DNA of 63,703 bases, counting the filler, from Basidiobolus meristosporus CBS 931.73 (taxonomy: Eukaryota > Fungi > Basidiobolomycota): the NCBI GenBank assembly GCA_002104905.1. It is 3 parts of 3 records of this genome, joined end to end, with 100 filler letters (N's around TTAATTAATTAA, not from the genome) between each part and the next. Parts side by side here need not be neighbours in the genome. Positions count along the whole stretch, not along the records: positions 23,429 to 54,073 come from MCFE01000846.1; 2 more parts are not named here. One strand, 5' to 3'. Position numbers and translations under genes: made by a program. The notes under the pieces were generated by a model. That model made no database searches and was not told the origin of the DNA. It saw nothing but the letters and a program-made list of their open reading frames with translations. Positions within the stretch are counted from its first letter, which is position 1. The number at the start of each line of letters is the position of its first letter. Shown here piece after piece: positions 37,294 through 49,949 of this stretch.

Positions 37294-38131
37294 GGGGCAA
37301 TCAGTTTGACCTTCAACAATGTAATGCTATTATATCACCTTTTGGTCAATACTAATGTGAACTTAAAGCAGTCTTGTATTTGCAACATCAGGCTTGTTCC
37401 ATTGTACTGTGCCAGGGTGCTTGGCACAATCTGTGACCTCTAAGCACATTTGGGCTCAAAATTGTAGCTATCAGTAGGCAGGATCACTCTTGGACAGTTT
37501 TGCACCATGAGGGACATTCTTGCACACTATGGCACAATCTGACACAATGAGGTTGGCACAAATGGTTGTGCCATCTCTTCATGTTTGCATCAAGTGTACT
37601 ATTGGATACTGCTATTATGGTAGGTAAAATTTGGTATTAGGATATGTTTCTTTAATGTAAATGGAACTAAATGCATATCACACTATAAACTACACTGATA
37701 CTTACCATTTTGGCTACCTTCACTCCAAATGGATGATATATCAGTGGTTAATTGGTCCAAAAGTATCCTGAAGCTGTCAGCCCTCAATTGGCTCTTTGAC
37801 CACTACACAAGCTACCTGATTTGCCATCAAATATCCCATTTTGCCCATTAAGCAAGTAAGTCCCTGATCCTAGTGATTGGACAAGGTAACATAGCTAGCA
37901 CGCAACTAATGTATAGGTGCAAATCAGATCAAATGGCTGCACAGGTGCCACTGATGATGTCTACATATGCAGGGTGTTTATTAATAGGGGTCTTGTCTCA
38001 AATGTGAGACAACCTTGATATTGCTTATATCAGGAATTTAGTGATCACTGATTTACGGTGGCTTGAAGCAGATTGCAAAAAAAAGGAGTTGTTTGGATCA
38101 TGACAAATAATAGCAATTCAATGCAATTACA

Positions 38132-39397
38132 TCATCCTCTCCTAGGTCTTTTTCTCACAGGGATTACTACTGAAGCATTTGGTGGTGATTCACTTTGCAC
38201 ATCTAAACTACTTTCTTGCTGCCTATCCTCTTCACTACTTGTGTATTTACAGTCAGTGTTTTGCCTCCTAGTTGATGAGTGCAATGCTGCAGCTTGGCTG
38301 TGCTGAATTGCTCCAGATGATGCAACTGAGCTAGCCTGCAGTGCTATGTGCTGATGCGTTCTTTGATTTGCCAAAGGCTCTGGTGGTGGAGGCACTTCAC
38401 ATGGGTCATCATCAGCCAGTTCACCAGAAGAAACTTGCTGATGGTCAGGTGTAATGGCACACGCAGATGTGACTTAATGCGCTGGCATGGCCCTTGGCTG
38501 AGTTCAATGTGTTGCCACTTGCTGAAACAACTTGACCTGCTCCAATGGACTCATGTGTTTTTGTGCAGTTTGGCAGGTTCTGGTGATTTTGCTCTGAAGT
38601 GTGCACGTTGACCCCTCATGCATTGACTTGATGCAGGGCACTCTTGTGAAGGGTGTTGGCATATTTTGGAATAACATGTGCCAGCACGCTGAAGTTGCAA
38701 GTGATGGTTAGGAATCCAGCAAGGCATGCTAGCGCAATCTAGATACTGTTGCTTGCAGTCTGTATTCTTCCTCTTGAAGCTCACCTTCTGATTCCTCAAG
38801 GTATTCACTTACACTCTGTCTGGTACTTTGAAACTGTTGCCTGGATGGGTCCTGTGTATATGGCTCTCAGAAGCCACTTAGCTCTACTAATATATCACAT
38901 AATACATTAGTCATTTGAGGCAAAAACTCATACAAAATCTCTTTGGTTCCCAAACTTGAGGCACAAACAGACACATCTGGCCTGTACTAAGCAAACTGTG
39001 TGCAAAATTGTTCCTGCATGGCTTCCTTATCAAATTCCTTTGCTCTCAGCTCATTATTGACTTCAATACTTGTCTTGTTATATATTTTCCAACATACATC
39101 CTCTGGCATCTTGATGTAGATCTCATGCCACAGCTTTCTACTCAGGTTCTTCCATCTCTGTTGACTCTCTAAGGTATATAGTTCTGCTATATTAATGAGT
39201 AGTGCCCAAATATCTGTATGAAGGCTCATCATAGACACTTGGGCCATACTGAATTCATTTGACAAGAGCTCAAATGGATCTGACATTGACCTTTCCAGTC
39301 CAGACCACACTTGTGAGCTGGGGGATGGGTTTTGTCTGGGCTGTACTAAAGATGAGTTGAGACTTGGTATAGGGATCATTGTGTTGGGTTTGGACAC
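38132..39397 (-). pseudogene. Second ORF of the PHIS element, decayed; function unknown
   Basis: Minus-strand ORF fragments 38987-39397, 38551-38808 and 38132-38395 lie inside the TIRs. QRWKNL is only weakly Myb/MADF-like. Confidence 0.45.
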
Positions 39398-39440
39398 TTA
39401 CACAGTAGTGTATTGGCATCAATCTGGTCTAATATGAAAT

Positions 39441-40174
39441 AGACTTGTTCCATTGGATAGTGCCACATTGAGCCATGAGTGCCAAATGATGCCATAGTGT
39501 GCCTGAGAGGTCAAGTGAGCCTATACTTGGCCACAGAGTGTGAAACATAGCTCTGCATCTTCATGTAAAGCAGCCCCTGTGTTTCACCCATTGCACAGGA
39601 GAAAATCCATTTTTTGACCTTTTTTTGTGGATCAATGTAGCTCAGGATGTGTAAGAGCACAGGTGAGCTGAAGATATGCATCTAGTACTCAATACCCATG
39701 GCACTCTGAATCTAGCTCCTATAGCTTGTATCATGTCACAAAAATGAATGGCACTATCTTGGTTCACTGGTACTATCTGGCACTATAAGTGCTTTGTATA
39801 GATCTTACTTTAGGGCTAATATTTAATTATATTGCCAGAGAGTACCAGTGGACCAAGATAGTGCCATTCATTTTTGTGACATGATACAAGCCACAGGAGC
39901 TAGATTCAGAGTGCCATGGGTATTGAGTACTAGATGTATATCTTCAATCTGCTTGTGCTCTGACACATCCTGCACAACATTGATCCAAAAAAAAAGGTCA
40001 AAAAATGGATTTTCTCCAACACAATGGGTGAAACACAGGGGCTGCTTTGCATGAAGATGCGGAGCTATGTTTCACAGTCTGTGGCCAGGAAGAGGCTCAC
40101 TTGGCCTCTCTGGCACACTATGGCATCATTTGGCACTCATGGCTCAATGTGGCACTATCCAACGGAACAAGTCT
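39441..40174. mobile_element. Foldback MITE copy 2 (734 bp), AAT TSD, nested in the PHIS element
   Basis: Same length, ends and arm structure as 34734-35467; flanked by AAT on both sides. Confidence 0.92.
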
Positions 40175-40399
40175 AATATATATGAAAACTAATGTAATTG
40201 TTGAGTTTTCCATATATTATGGATGATGCATCTTGGATTTCATTGACACAGATCAGATCACATCAACTGCAGATTTCCTATTTGCTCATAGACTTATGAG
40301 TAAAACACCAATAAAAATGTCAAGTCATTGGTTGAGGATGATTTTTGTGACATGATGATGGGATACATGGCAATTGATGGAGATATATTCTTAATGCAT

Positions 40400-41300
40400 A
40401 AAATATCAAATAAATAATGCTGATCATGCCAAATCAATTCATTTCACCTCAGCCCAATCACTACCAATTTTCATATGACTTACTCATCTGAATGGTCTTT
40501 TCTTATCAACCCCATCACTACCACTTGATTTCCTTTTGACACACTAGAGGAAACCTTTACTTAGTACTGTGGACCATCTACCCCAATCTACTCAAGAAGA
40601 TCCCTTGTTAAGCTTCTCTGCTATTACAAGAACTATTGCCCTACAAGGTTTCATCCTACTATCCATGGCAACAGAAGTCCTAGAAGCTTTCATTCCCAGC
40701 TGAGAGCAATGGAGAAGCACCTTGCAGAGGGTATGAATGACTTAGAGCAAGCTTGGAGTACTAGGCTCAGAAGCTCCAATAGACTTCTATATCCTGGAGT
40801 GCTCAGCAACAGGTTCCATATAAGGAGTATTTTGGATGCCTTCCCAGTCAGGAATAACAGATCTTCTAGAGGGCAGAGGCACTTTTATTCTGGCAGGTAC
40901 AAGGCACACTGTGTGAAGTTTCAAGCACTTTCTGACATTGAGGGTAACATCATCTGGTTTAGTGAACCCTTTGCTGGAAGTGGATATGACAAAGCACTCA
41001 GGGTAGAGAATGATCCAGAATTCAGTAGAGGGGAGAAAAGTATGGCAGACTTAGCTTATATAGGAGAGGATTGTCAGAGATTAGGATGCATTACAGCTTA
41101 TAGGAAGCCAAGGAAACGGTGTGCCTAGCAGGAAGCAGAAGCTCTACAATGAGATATTTAATTATTTCAGAGTGAGGGTAGAGCATACATTTGGATATCT
41201 GAAGTTATTCAGCATATTTGAAGGTTAATATAGAGGAAAGTCATGTATAGGAGAAAACAGCTGAATAGGTAAAATAGTTAAGATAATTATGAATGCACAG
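40400..41300 (+). pseudogene. DDE_Tnp_4-like (PHIS) transposase, frameshifted
   Basis: ILDAF, FYSGRYKAHCVKFQ, GSGYD and ADLAYIG in ORF 40709-41128, then in another frame RVRVEHTFGYLK (catalytic E). An HTH-like LLCYYKNY lies upstream. Outer bounds are approximate. Confidence 0.85.
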
Positions 41301-41587
41301 TACATTCATACAAGAAGACATCCACTGAGAGAAATGTGTCTGGTGCATTGTGAAGAGTAAATAAAGCAAGAAAAGCACTAATCTGAGCAATATGAGTAAG
41401 ATGGAGTAAGATTACCAGTAACTGTATCCTACCACTGGCATTATGGTAGAAATTTTAGAGCCAGAAAGTGCCATCAAGTGCCAGATTAATCTGGCAATAT
41501 AGTCAGGTTGGCACATTGTGGCACTTTCCAATGGAACAAGTCTATTGCACCTACATGAATGTAAGATTCAATGATGACCCTCCATAG

Positions 41588-42115
41588 TGCTATGAACAGT
41601 CACAAGGCCGGAGAGTAGGGCTAGGCAAGGCAGGACAAAAAAAGGACTTAGGTGTGGATCAACAAGGCAAGGTGGATTTCCAAGGCAAGGCTGTTTATTC
41701 AAGACCTATGTTTATCAGACTGAGGAATACCTAAGGGGGATAGGACTATATATACTTTTTGGCTATACTGATGCCAAGAGATATTAGCTAATACTAACGG
41801 GCCTGTGGGGTGAGGCACAGCAGCAGTGCTGGGGATAATAATATAGAAGGCAAGGCACTGAGACAGGATGGGGAAATGGATTGGGTCACCTGATCATGTG
41901 ACTAAGTTGTGTGACCTGGTATTTCCATATATGGTACTGGACTACAAGAAAAAACAATGGGGACTTCCATGGAATGTTCCATTGTGTAACAATGGTTTGG
42001 AATGGTCAGGAACTTTCTGGAAGGTGGTAGAAGGTTCCAGGAGGAATCTCTTAGAAATAGAGCTAGGAAGCTGAAACTTGGCATGGGTGTTCATGGTTGT
42101 CATGTGATCATGACA
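41588..42115 (-). repeat. Solo LTR (528 bp) in the CMC promoter region
   Basis: TG...CA ends, CATAG/CATAA TSD (4 of 5 match). The flanks rejoin to ccatagtaagcattat, as in CMC copy 1 (~5656). Confidence 0.8.
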
Positions 42116-44024
42116 CATAATAAGCATTATAAATAAAGTTGTGGCACCATATACACTCATATATGGAACACTATTTCCCCTTTGGTTTGACTCACTTCCT
42201 TATATATGCTGCCAAAAAATAAAGCAAAGTTGTCTGGTTCCCAACCAAACCCCACTGCTGATGGCAACAGAGGAATGGTTGGACAACAGCTTGCTTTGAC
42301 ATTCAGTGCAACAAGCAGAAAAAGGCCCTGTGGACATTGTTCTCATTGAGGGTAATAATGCGGAATCTTCAGGCTCTCAGTCAAGTAGGCAATCAAGAAC
42401 CTTTGCAGAGCCACAAGCTGACCATTATGCTCAAGCAGATGAGTATGTAGCAAATGCAGTATCCTCAGTTGAAGACCAGCAAGAGGTTGTCATAGCATCA
42501 ACACCACCCATATTAGCAAGTATGTTGTCAGCTCATACTAAAGCATTAATGAAGCAATTAGCTGCAGTGGCTGATAAGATACATGCAAAGTCCCAGAGAA
42601 ATCAGGAAATAGTCCAGAAATAGGATGAGTAGCTTAAACATGTAGAGCAATCAATATCCCAGGTAGAGTAAGCAGTATCTTTGCTGCAAAGAAGGAACTC
42701 AAGTAGTGCAATGTCACAGCCTAGAATTGAGCCATTTCCAAATGTAACAGCAGAGGAACACCATACAGTCTATAAAGCACAACAGTGCCCAAAGATAAAG
42801 ACTACAGAAATTTCTATCACAGCGTGGGAGGGAGACCATGTGGTGCTTGTACCCAAGCCTAAAAATCAAAAGACATTGAAGATCTGTGAAGCTGTTGAGT
42901 GCAATAATGAAGGGTGGGGTAATATTTAAGAGGCTGTCAGAAGTCTAGCTCACCATCACTTTAAGGCTGGCATACCATGGGACCATCAGGAACTCAAGGC
43001 CAAGCAGAACGCACTTTAATTGCTCCACAAGCATTATCCTGGATTCAATCAGGATAGCAGATTTTGGGACACCATTGGTATGCTAAGAAAGTATCTTAAG
43101 AATAGCAGAAAATATCATAGGCAGAAGAACAAGGGTGTCATGGCTAAAAGCCAGCAGCTTCCTCAAGAGCTCATTACAAGCAAGGCCAAAGCTCCAGACA
43201 AGCATCAAGGAGACATCAGGTAGCTGGAAGTGTGCCAATTGGGCACAAGTAGGCAGACACAGATGCACAAGTACAACATTTATCACAGAAAAAGTGTGGT
43301 ACCACTCAAGAAGCACTCAGTCAAAGTAGCAGTGAAGGACCTGGCAGTAATAAAAACCAGCCGCTTTTACAGCAGTCTGTACAACTACAGTTGCAAGCTC
43401 AAAACAAGCGGAAAAGAAAAATCAGGTGGCCAGCAGAGTGCCAGCAAGGGACAAGCAGGCCAAAACAGATGCATCAGAGCAGAATTTATCCAGGAGAAAA
43501 TGTAGCTCTATACAAGAAGCACTCATACAAAGCTGCAGTGAAAGACCTGGCAGTGATAAAGGAAAAGGAAAAGGGAAAAATGTGTATTCAACCCTGAGAC
43601 AGGGAGGCATGCAAAGAAAACTGCAGTTCTTGCCAATTATCACCACAAGCCCAAAACAGACTGAATTCTATTATAGTCAAGAAGAATTACCAACAAGAAA
43701 ACAGCTGCTTTCACAAGTGCTGGAAGCACAGACAGTTGAGCTACACTCCAGCAAGGTAGATGAGTTTGAAGTAAAAGGCAATTTGTATACCACAGCCTCC
43801 ACATCCTACATTGTTGACAGAGTGGAGATCCCACCAACAGACAAGGCTACAACATTGAGAGCTCAAACAACTATCACAATGCCTTCAGTGGAATTTTGGA
43901 ACCTTAATAGGCACACTAAGAGGTTACAGCACTTCTTCAAGAGAAGTGCTCAAGAAAATGCACTGGAATATTGCAAGGATATATTGCAAAGACTGGCAGA
44001 TGAGGTGCTAGACCCTGCAGTGCC

Positions 44025-44724
44025 TGTTGTATCCAAGAGAAAAGTGTAATAAAACTCTTGAATGAGTTAACTGAGCCTAAGTGGTAACTAAGTGCAGAAT
44101 CTCAGAATTTGTCAATGGTGACAGAAATATTAGCAAGAAGTTCTGGTCTAGTATTGGTTTTGTATATAGTTGAGTTGGCCTATAAATGCAACAGAGTTGG
44201 TTTGCTATACAGGCTAGGCTTGGTGTTCTTGGGAATACTAGATGCGCTAGGCTTGGGTGGAGACTAGAACAGAATTGTGGAATTCTTAATTTTGCTGAGG
44301 CACAATTTTAATTTTGTTGAGACACACACTAAACCAAAAGGTTCAGTAGACTTTATTTATACTTTTCTGATTGAGGTGCATTAGTAAGTGCCAAGAGACT
44401 GGACTAATGGAAATCTAATGGGGTGTTGATAGGTGCAATAAGATAAATGAAAAATTGTATCATTAATTGGCTGATGTCTTGGCAACTGCTAAGTGGTTGG
44501 ATAAATCTCAGATGACTAATCACTTGGAAAGGCTTAGCAGATAAGTTGAGGATGTAATGACCATATGAAAATTGATGGGGTGTGACAGCTAAAAATAGAT
44601 TCTGAGAAGTGATGAAATAAACCATAACAGGGATTAGTTATGTTTGGGTTAGGGAAAATCAGTTAGGGTAATAGATTTTCTGATGGAGTGACATTGGCCA
44701 AGTTTTCAATGTTGATACTCAACA
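44025..44724 (-). repeat. 3' LTR of Gypsy B (700 bp)
   Basis: Direct repeat of 49251-49949; preceded on the minus strand by a polypurine tract. Confidence 0.9.
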
Positions 44725-47700
44725 TCATTTCCTCCCAGGAGAGAAGTTTTCTGATACCTTCAGGGTTCCCCAGTGGCTCCAATACTGATCAATGATGGCA
44801 ATATCATCAAAGTTGGTATAAGGTTCCTGGGTGTTGCATTTGACATCATAACCTTTCCACTTGACTAAATAAAGGCAATTTGGTGCTTCTCCATAATAGT
44901 CAACAATAGCTTCAAATTTGTAGGATTCAGAAGTAACTGGGTCTTAAGACATCAGTTTGAGTGAAGAAGGTGGAAAGTTTTTGGGTAGCAGTGCTCCAGT
45001 ATTGTCCTGAAGTACATAAGATCCTCCAGTAGTACATCTAACAACTTTAAATGGGCCTTCATATTTGGGGTCAAGTTTAGATTGTCAGATTGGATCTAGT
45101 GTCATGACATATAACCCATCTGGAATGCTGCTGTTCCTGTGTCTTGAGGCGTATGTTGAAGTCATCTTTTGCTGTTTAGCCTTACTTCTGGCACTGATAG
45201 CAGGGTAGACAATGTTTGTAAGGTACTCAAGCCAGTTCTTTAGCTTGTCTGTATTGAAACTTGCTAGCCCTGTATTCTGGTAGTCACCAAAGTGATTATA
45301 TCTTCTTCCAACCATCTAAGAGAATAGTGTTGATCCATGCACAGCAGCAATTTTGGTGTTGATAGCATACTGTACAGTGGGAATGTACTTGTCCCAATTC
45401 TTCTTGATACCTTTGATAGATTTCCTGAGGATGTTCACTGAGGTCTGAACATGACTTTCAGCAAGTCCATTAGCTTTTGGATGATATGGAGTGATCAGAC
45501 AGTGATCAATGGTGCTATTCTGGCAGAGGGCTTTGATCACATGATTTACAAGCTCTGTTCCCTTATCTGATTGAATGACCTTAGGGAATACAACAAGGCA
45601 GAAGAGCTTGAATAGTGCTTGTGCAATAGTGGCAGCATACTTGTTTAGGATAGCTTTGAGGAAGACAAAACGTGTGCAGACATCCACAATTGCAAAGAGG
45701 TAGTGATTGCCATTATCACTGGTGGTGAAAGGACCAGCTAGATCAATTGCAATATGATCCATAGGAAGGCTTGCATGGATGGGACTCAGGCGGTGAAATC
45801 CATGGCAGCTGATATTGTAAAGTTGACATTCTCTGCAAGACTTGACAAGTTCTAGGCAGTCAGCTTTGATATTTGGCCAGTGATATCCATCAGAGTGTAG
45901 CTTCTTCATAAGTGGGTTGGCTCCAAAGTGTCCAAGTAGATGACTCTCTGTATCAACATTTTCCTTTCATTGGTATGTGGGATTTTCCAGGTTGCTGAAT
46001 ACAGTTGAGTAATTATTTTGGAAGTTGTAGTGAGCTTACTGATTATGTCAGTAGTCACATGTCCCTCCCAAGGTGAAGTTGGGAAGAGTCTTGAAAGGTA
46101 GTCAGGCAGAATGTTGAAGATTCCTGGACAATGAATAACTGTATATTGATAATCAAGTAGAGTATCAAGCCAGTTGGTAAGCATTGGAGTCAGAGTCTTT
46201 GAGTGCAGATATAGACAAGGGCTTGGTGGTTGGTGTACAAAGTAAAAGAGTTACCCCATAAGTACTGATGAAACTTCTTCAAGGCAAAGGCTATAGCAAG
46301 TAGCTCCTCCTTGGTGGCAGAGTAGTTTCTCTCAGCAGGTTGTAGCAATCTGGCTTGGAAAGAGATCCAGTGAGGAAGATTTTGGTCTTCATCCTGGTAT
46401 AGGACAGTCCCTAACCCAACATTAAATGCATCTGCAGCAACAACAAAGGTCTTAGCAAAGTCTGGGTAGGATGAGGTCAGTGCCTGTGGGAGCAACTGGC
46501 AGAGTGACTCAAATGCTTGATCATGAACCTTGTTCCAGGCTAAGGGAAGATCAGGACTATGGTGTAATGCATCCAAAGGGGCACTCAATGAGGACATGAG
46601 AGGAATGTGTTCCCTGAAATAAATGAATACACCAAGTTAATGTTGGAGTTGCTTAGCACTAGTGGGTTTTGGCCATTTGGGAATATTGACCAGCTCAAAA
46701 GGATCAAGCTGGTGGCCATCTTGTGCCACAATGAACCCAAGTAGATTGATATTGAGGCAGGCAAAGCTGCACTTTTCTGCATTAAGAATCAGTCCAGCAG
46801 CTGTCAGTCTATTGATTACATCAGTGACATGGGTTGCATGATCATCATGGTTTGTGGAAAATATGATGACATCATCAACAAATACTAAGGTGTATGGTGC
46901 ATTCTTGAGTATTATAGTCATGACTCTCTGGAACTTGCTGGTCAGTGTCTTTAGGCCAAACGGAGCTCCCTGAAACATCCATTGCATATTATTCCAAGTA
47001 AAGGCAGTCTTATGCTGATGATCAGGATGGATCTGGAATTGGTGATATGCATCCTTCAAGTCCAATTTGGAGAATACCTTTGAGCCTGATAGTGAGGAAA
47101 TGATTTCCTTGATTATTGGAATTGGAAATTTATCATCTTGGAGAAGCTTGTGCAGAGGTCTAGGGTGCAAACAGGGTCTCTTCAAAGTTAGATTTCCATA
47201 AGCATTTTTTTTTAGGTGCAAGCATCATAGGGCTGTTGAATGTTGTGTTGACAGGGGCCTGAGTGATAATTTCATGGTCAGCCCACTTTTGGACTATTTC
47301 ATCAATGAAGTGTTGACAAGAATGCAGAACTGGGTATTGCCTCCTTCTTGTTGACTCACCAGGTTGGATTTCTAGTGTAACAATGGATTCTGGAATAGTG
47401 CAGAAACTGTTCCCAGGAATGGCTTGGTTTCTTTCTATGTCCGGCTGAGTTTCCAATTTGATTGATAGAGAATACGCTTGAAAAGTTGGGGTTGACTCCT
47501 CTATTTCCAGATGGTGAGAGATAATGACTGGAATCTGATCCATTCTGGGTGGCTGAGACATATTGATTCCAGGAATTGAAACTGGTAGTCCGCCTATGTG
47601 AAAGCCAAGTTTGGTGAGGGTGACTAGACCAATGACTACCTGAGGTCCATCTTGAATGTCACTAACTTCCTTCTGATGAGTTATAGTTATTGAACCACAG

Positions 47701-48282
47701 TGAATGCTGATTGGGTTGGTGATACCAATTTTTGGGGCTGAGAGGTCCTTAGCCGCATGTATAACTTTTCCTGGTTGCTTTTCAATTGCCAATTTAAGCT
47801 CTTTGACCACATTAGGTGATACAATAGAATTGGATGATCCAGTATCCAGTAGTGCTATGTATGATTGGCCATTGAGTTTGAGTGGCACCATTATAGCTTT
47901 TAGCCGTGCAATTGGTTGCTCCTTCTCTTGAACACTTGCAATTTTAGCCAGAGTTTCAAAGAGGTTATGATAATCTTGAACTGTAAGTTCTTCATATGCT
48001 TGCTCTTACATTATCATATCATTGGGTGAATGATCATCTAGAATCTGAGTAATTTTTGCCAATGGTGTAGAGTTCTTCTCAGGACAGGCAAGTGATCTAT
48101 GTCACATCTTTCCACATTTAAATCATTTGTCATCAGCATATGGATAATCAATTTTGGTGTTTTGCTGCTTCTCTGACGTGTTTCCAGACTTGTTTCACTG
48201 CATGGTGATACCTTTGCATTCACAGGTAGAATGATAGCATCTTCCATTAAGCTCACAATGCTTGCTAGTGTTTGACTTTTTC

Positions 48283-49209
48283 TTAGTCATATGACTGCTC
48301 TCTTTTCCAGGTTGTTGCTGCATCTTGAATGGAGTTGCCTGAAGCCTGACTAAGAGCTGCAGTCATAGTGATTGCAAGTGTACATGTCTCTGCAATTTTG
48401 TCATAGGTACATGCAGGGTTGCATGCTATGACAATAGTAATACTGCTCTGTAGCTGGTGTGAAAAGTTTGAAAGAAAATGAGAAGTAAGCAATGGATTGT
48501 CATCACTAACTCCAGCAAGTCTCATTTGTCTCTGGAATCTATCACAGAAGTGTTGCGCAGATTCACCTTTTTGGATTTTAGTTTTCCATAATTTGCAGTT
48601 TAGATGTACTTTCTTGAGGGGATCTTCAAAATGGCCACAAAAGAGGTTCTGCGCAACTTTCCATGTACTATTGGAAGGAATGTTCACCTCAACCCAGTCA
48701 GCATCTTGCATGGTGAGACAGAGAGGCAGAAATCTTGCCCAATTGGTGTCAGGGTCTAGCTGGTGCGCAGCTAAGATGTGACTAAGCTTGTAAAGAAACT
48801 CAGTCAGATTCTTTATGACAGTGGCTCCTTCAGCATAAAGAGGCAAGGATCTTGGGACAACCACTGGGGTAGGTCTAGAGGGAGATGTAGATCTGGAGGA
48901 TCCAAAGGCATGACTTCTTGGTGGCTGATGTAGAGCAAGGCTTGGTGGATTTTCAATGCTGTCAGTTATAATGGCAACATTCTCCAGGGCTTCTTTGATA
49001 ATTCCAATTTCATCTTGATAACCAGAAACACCTTCAAGAAGTTCATCTTTACAATGATTGTCAGATCTTGTCTTGGCAAGCTTTGAGTGCTCAAGCATCA
49101 AAGTGTTTCTTTCATGCATGATGTTTTCAAGCTGTTCAGTTAGTTGTTCCTGATTTCTGCGGGCTTCTTCCAACATGGAAAGATTTGGAGTGCTTGCTGC
49201 TGAGGACAT
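48283..49209 (-). CDS. Gag of Gypsy B (308 aa open; zinc-knuckle remnants follow after a break)
   Basis: Retrotransposon gag-like segment (WARFLPLCL...WKVAQNLFCGHF...QKGESAQHFCDRF). FKCGKM*HRSLACP lies downstream at ~48090-48125. Confidence 0.85.
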   Translation of the reverse strand: MSSAASTPNLSMLEEARRNQEQLTEQLENIMHERNTLMLEHSKLAKTRSDNHCKDELLEGVSGYQDEIGIIKEALENVAIITDSIENPPSLALHQPPRSHAFGSSRSTSPSRPTPVVVPRSLPLYAEGATVIKNLTEFLYKLSHILAAHQLDPDTNWARFLPLCLTMQDADWVEVNIPSNSTWKVAQNLFCGHFEDPLKKVHLNCKLWKTKIQKGESAQHFCDRFQRQMRLAGVSDDNPLLTSHFLSNFSHQLQSSITIVIACNPACTYDKIAETCTLAITMTAALSQASGNSIQDAATTWKREQSYD

Positions 49210-49250
49210 ATTGGAATGAGGCTGAATGTAATGGAATTCAACAAAATAAA

Positions 49251-49949
49251 TGTTGTATTCAAGAAGAAAGTGTAATAAAACTCTTGAATGAGTTTACTGA
49301 ACCTAAGTGATAACTAAGTGCAGAATCTTAGAATTTGTCAAGGGTGACAGAAATATTAGCAAGAAGTTCTGGTCTAGTATTGGTTTTGTATATAGTTGAG
49401 TTGGCCTATAAATGCAACAGAGTTGGTTTGCTATACAGGCTAGGCTTGGTGTTCTTGGGAATACTAGATGCGCTAGGCTTGGGTGGAGACTAGAACAGAA
49501 TTGTGGAATTCTTAATTTTGCTGAGGCACAATTTTAATTTTGTTGAGACACACACTAAACCAAAAGGTTCAGTAGACTTTATTTATACTTTTCTGATTGA
49601 GGTGCATTAGTAAGTGCCAAGAGACTGGACTAATGGAAATCTAATGGGGTGTTGATAGGTGCAATAAGATAAATGAAAAATTGTATCATTAATTGGCTGA
49701 TGTCTTGGCAACTGCTAAGTGGTTGGATAAATCTCAGATGACTAATCACTTGGAAAGGCTTAGCAGATAAGTTGAGGATGTAATGACCATATGAAAATTG
49801 ATGAGGTATGACAGCTAAAAATAGATTCTGAGAAGTGATAAAATAAACCATAACAGGGATTAGTTACATTTGGGTAGGGAAAATCAGTTAGGGTACTAGA
49901 TTTGATAATGGAGTGAAATTTGCAAAGTTTTCAATGTTGATGCAAAAAA
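49251..49949 (-). repeat. 5' LTR of Gypsy B (699 bp)
   Basis: Direct repeat of 44025-44724. Confidence 0.9.

Larger units (their letters stand above)
37390..41543. mobile_element. PIF/Harbinger-ISL2EU (PHIS) superfamily transposon, Pangu-like, 4.15 kb, two divergent decayed ORFs
   Basis: AGGCTTGTTCCATTG...CAATGGAACAAGTCT TIRs, ATC/ATT TSD, empty site gagatATTgcacc in CMC copy 1 (~5616), GTGCCA/TGGCAC subterminal repeats. Confidence 0.85.
44025..49949 (-). mobile_element. Ty3/Gypsy chromovirus family B, full length with both LTRs; pol decayed
   Basis: LTRs at 44025-44724 and 49251-49949 (TGTTG...CAACA), PPT GGGAGGAAATGA, GTGCC/GTACC TSD, empty site at ~24005 in CMC copy 3. Gag 48283-49209, protease LLDTGSS, RT FVDD, RNase H, integrase, and a chromodomain (YLVKWKGY) at ~44780-44930. 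Confidence 0.94.

Noticed and set aside
44045-44629. Shorter 585-bp TGTAAT...TAACA definition of LTR B
   Set aside because: Homology extends beyond it on both sides. Only 44025-44724 gives TGTTG/CAACA ends, a PPT and a TSD with an empty-site paralog.
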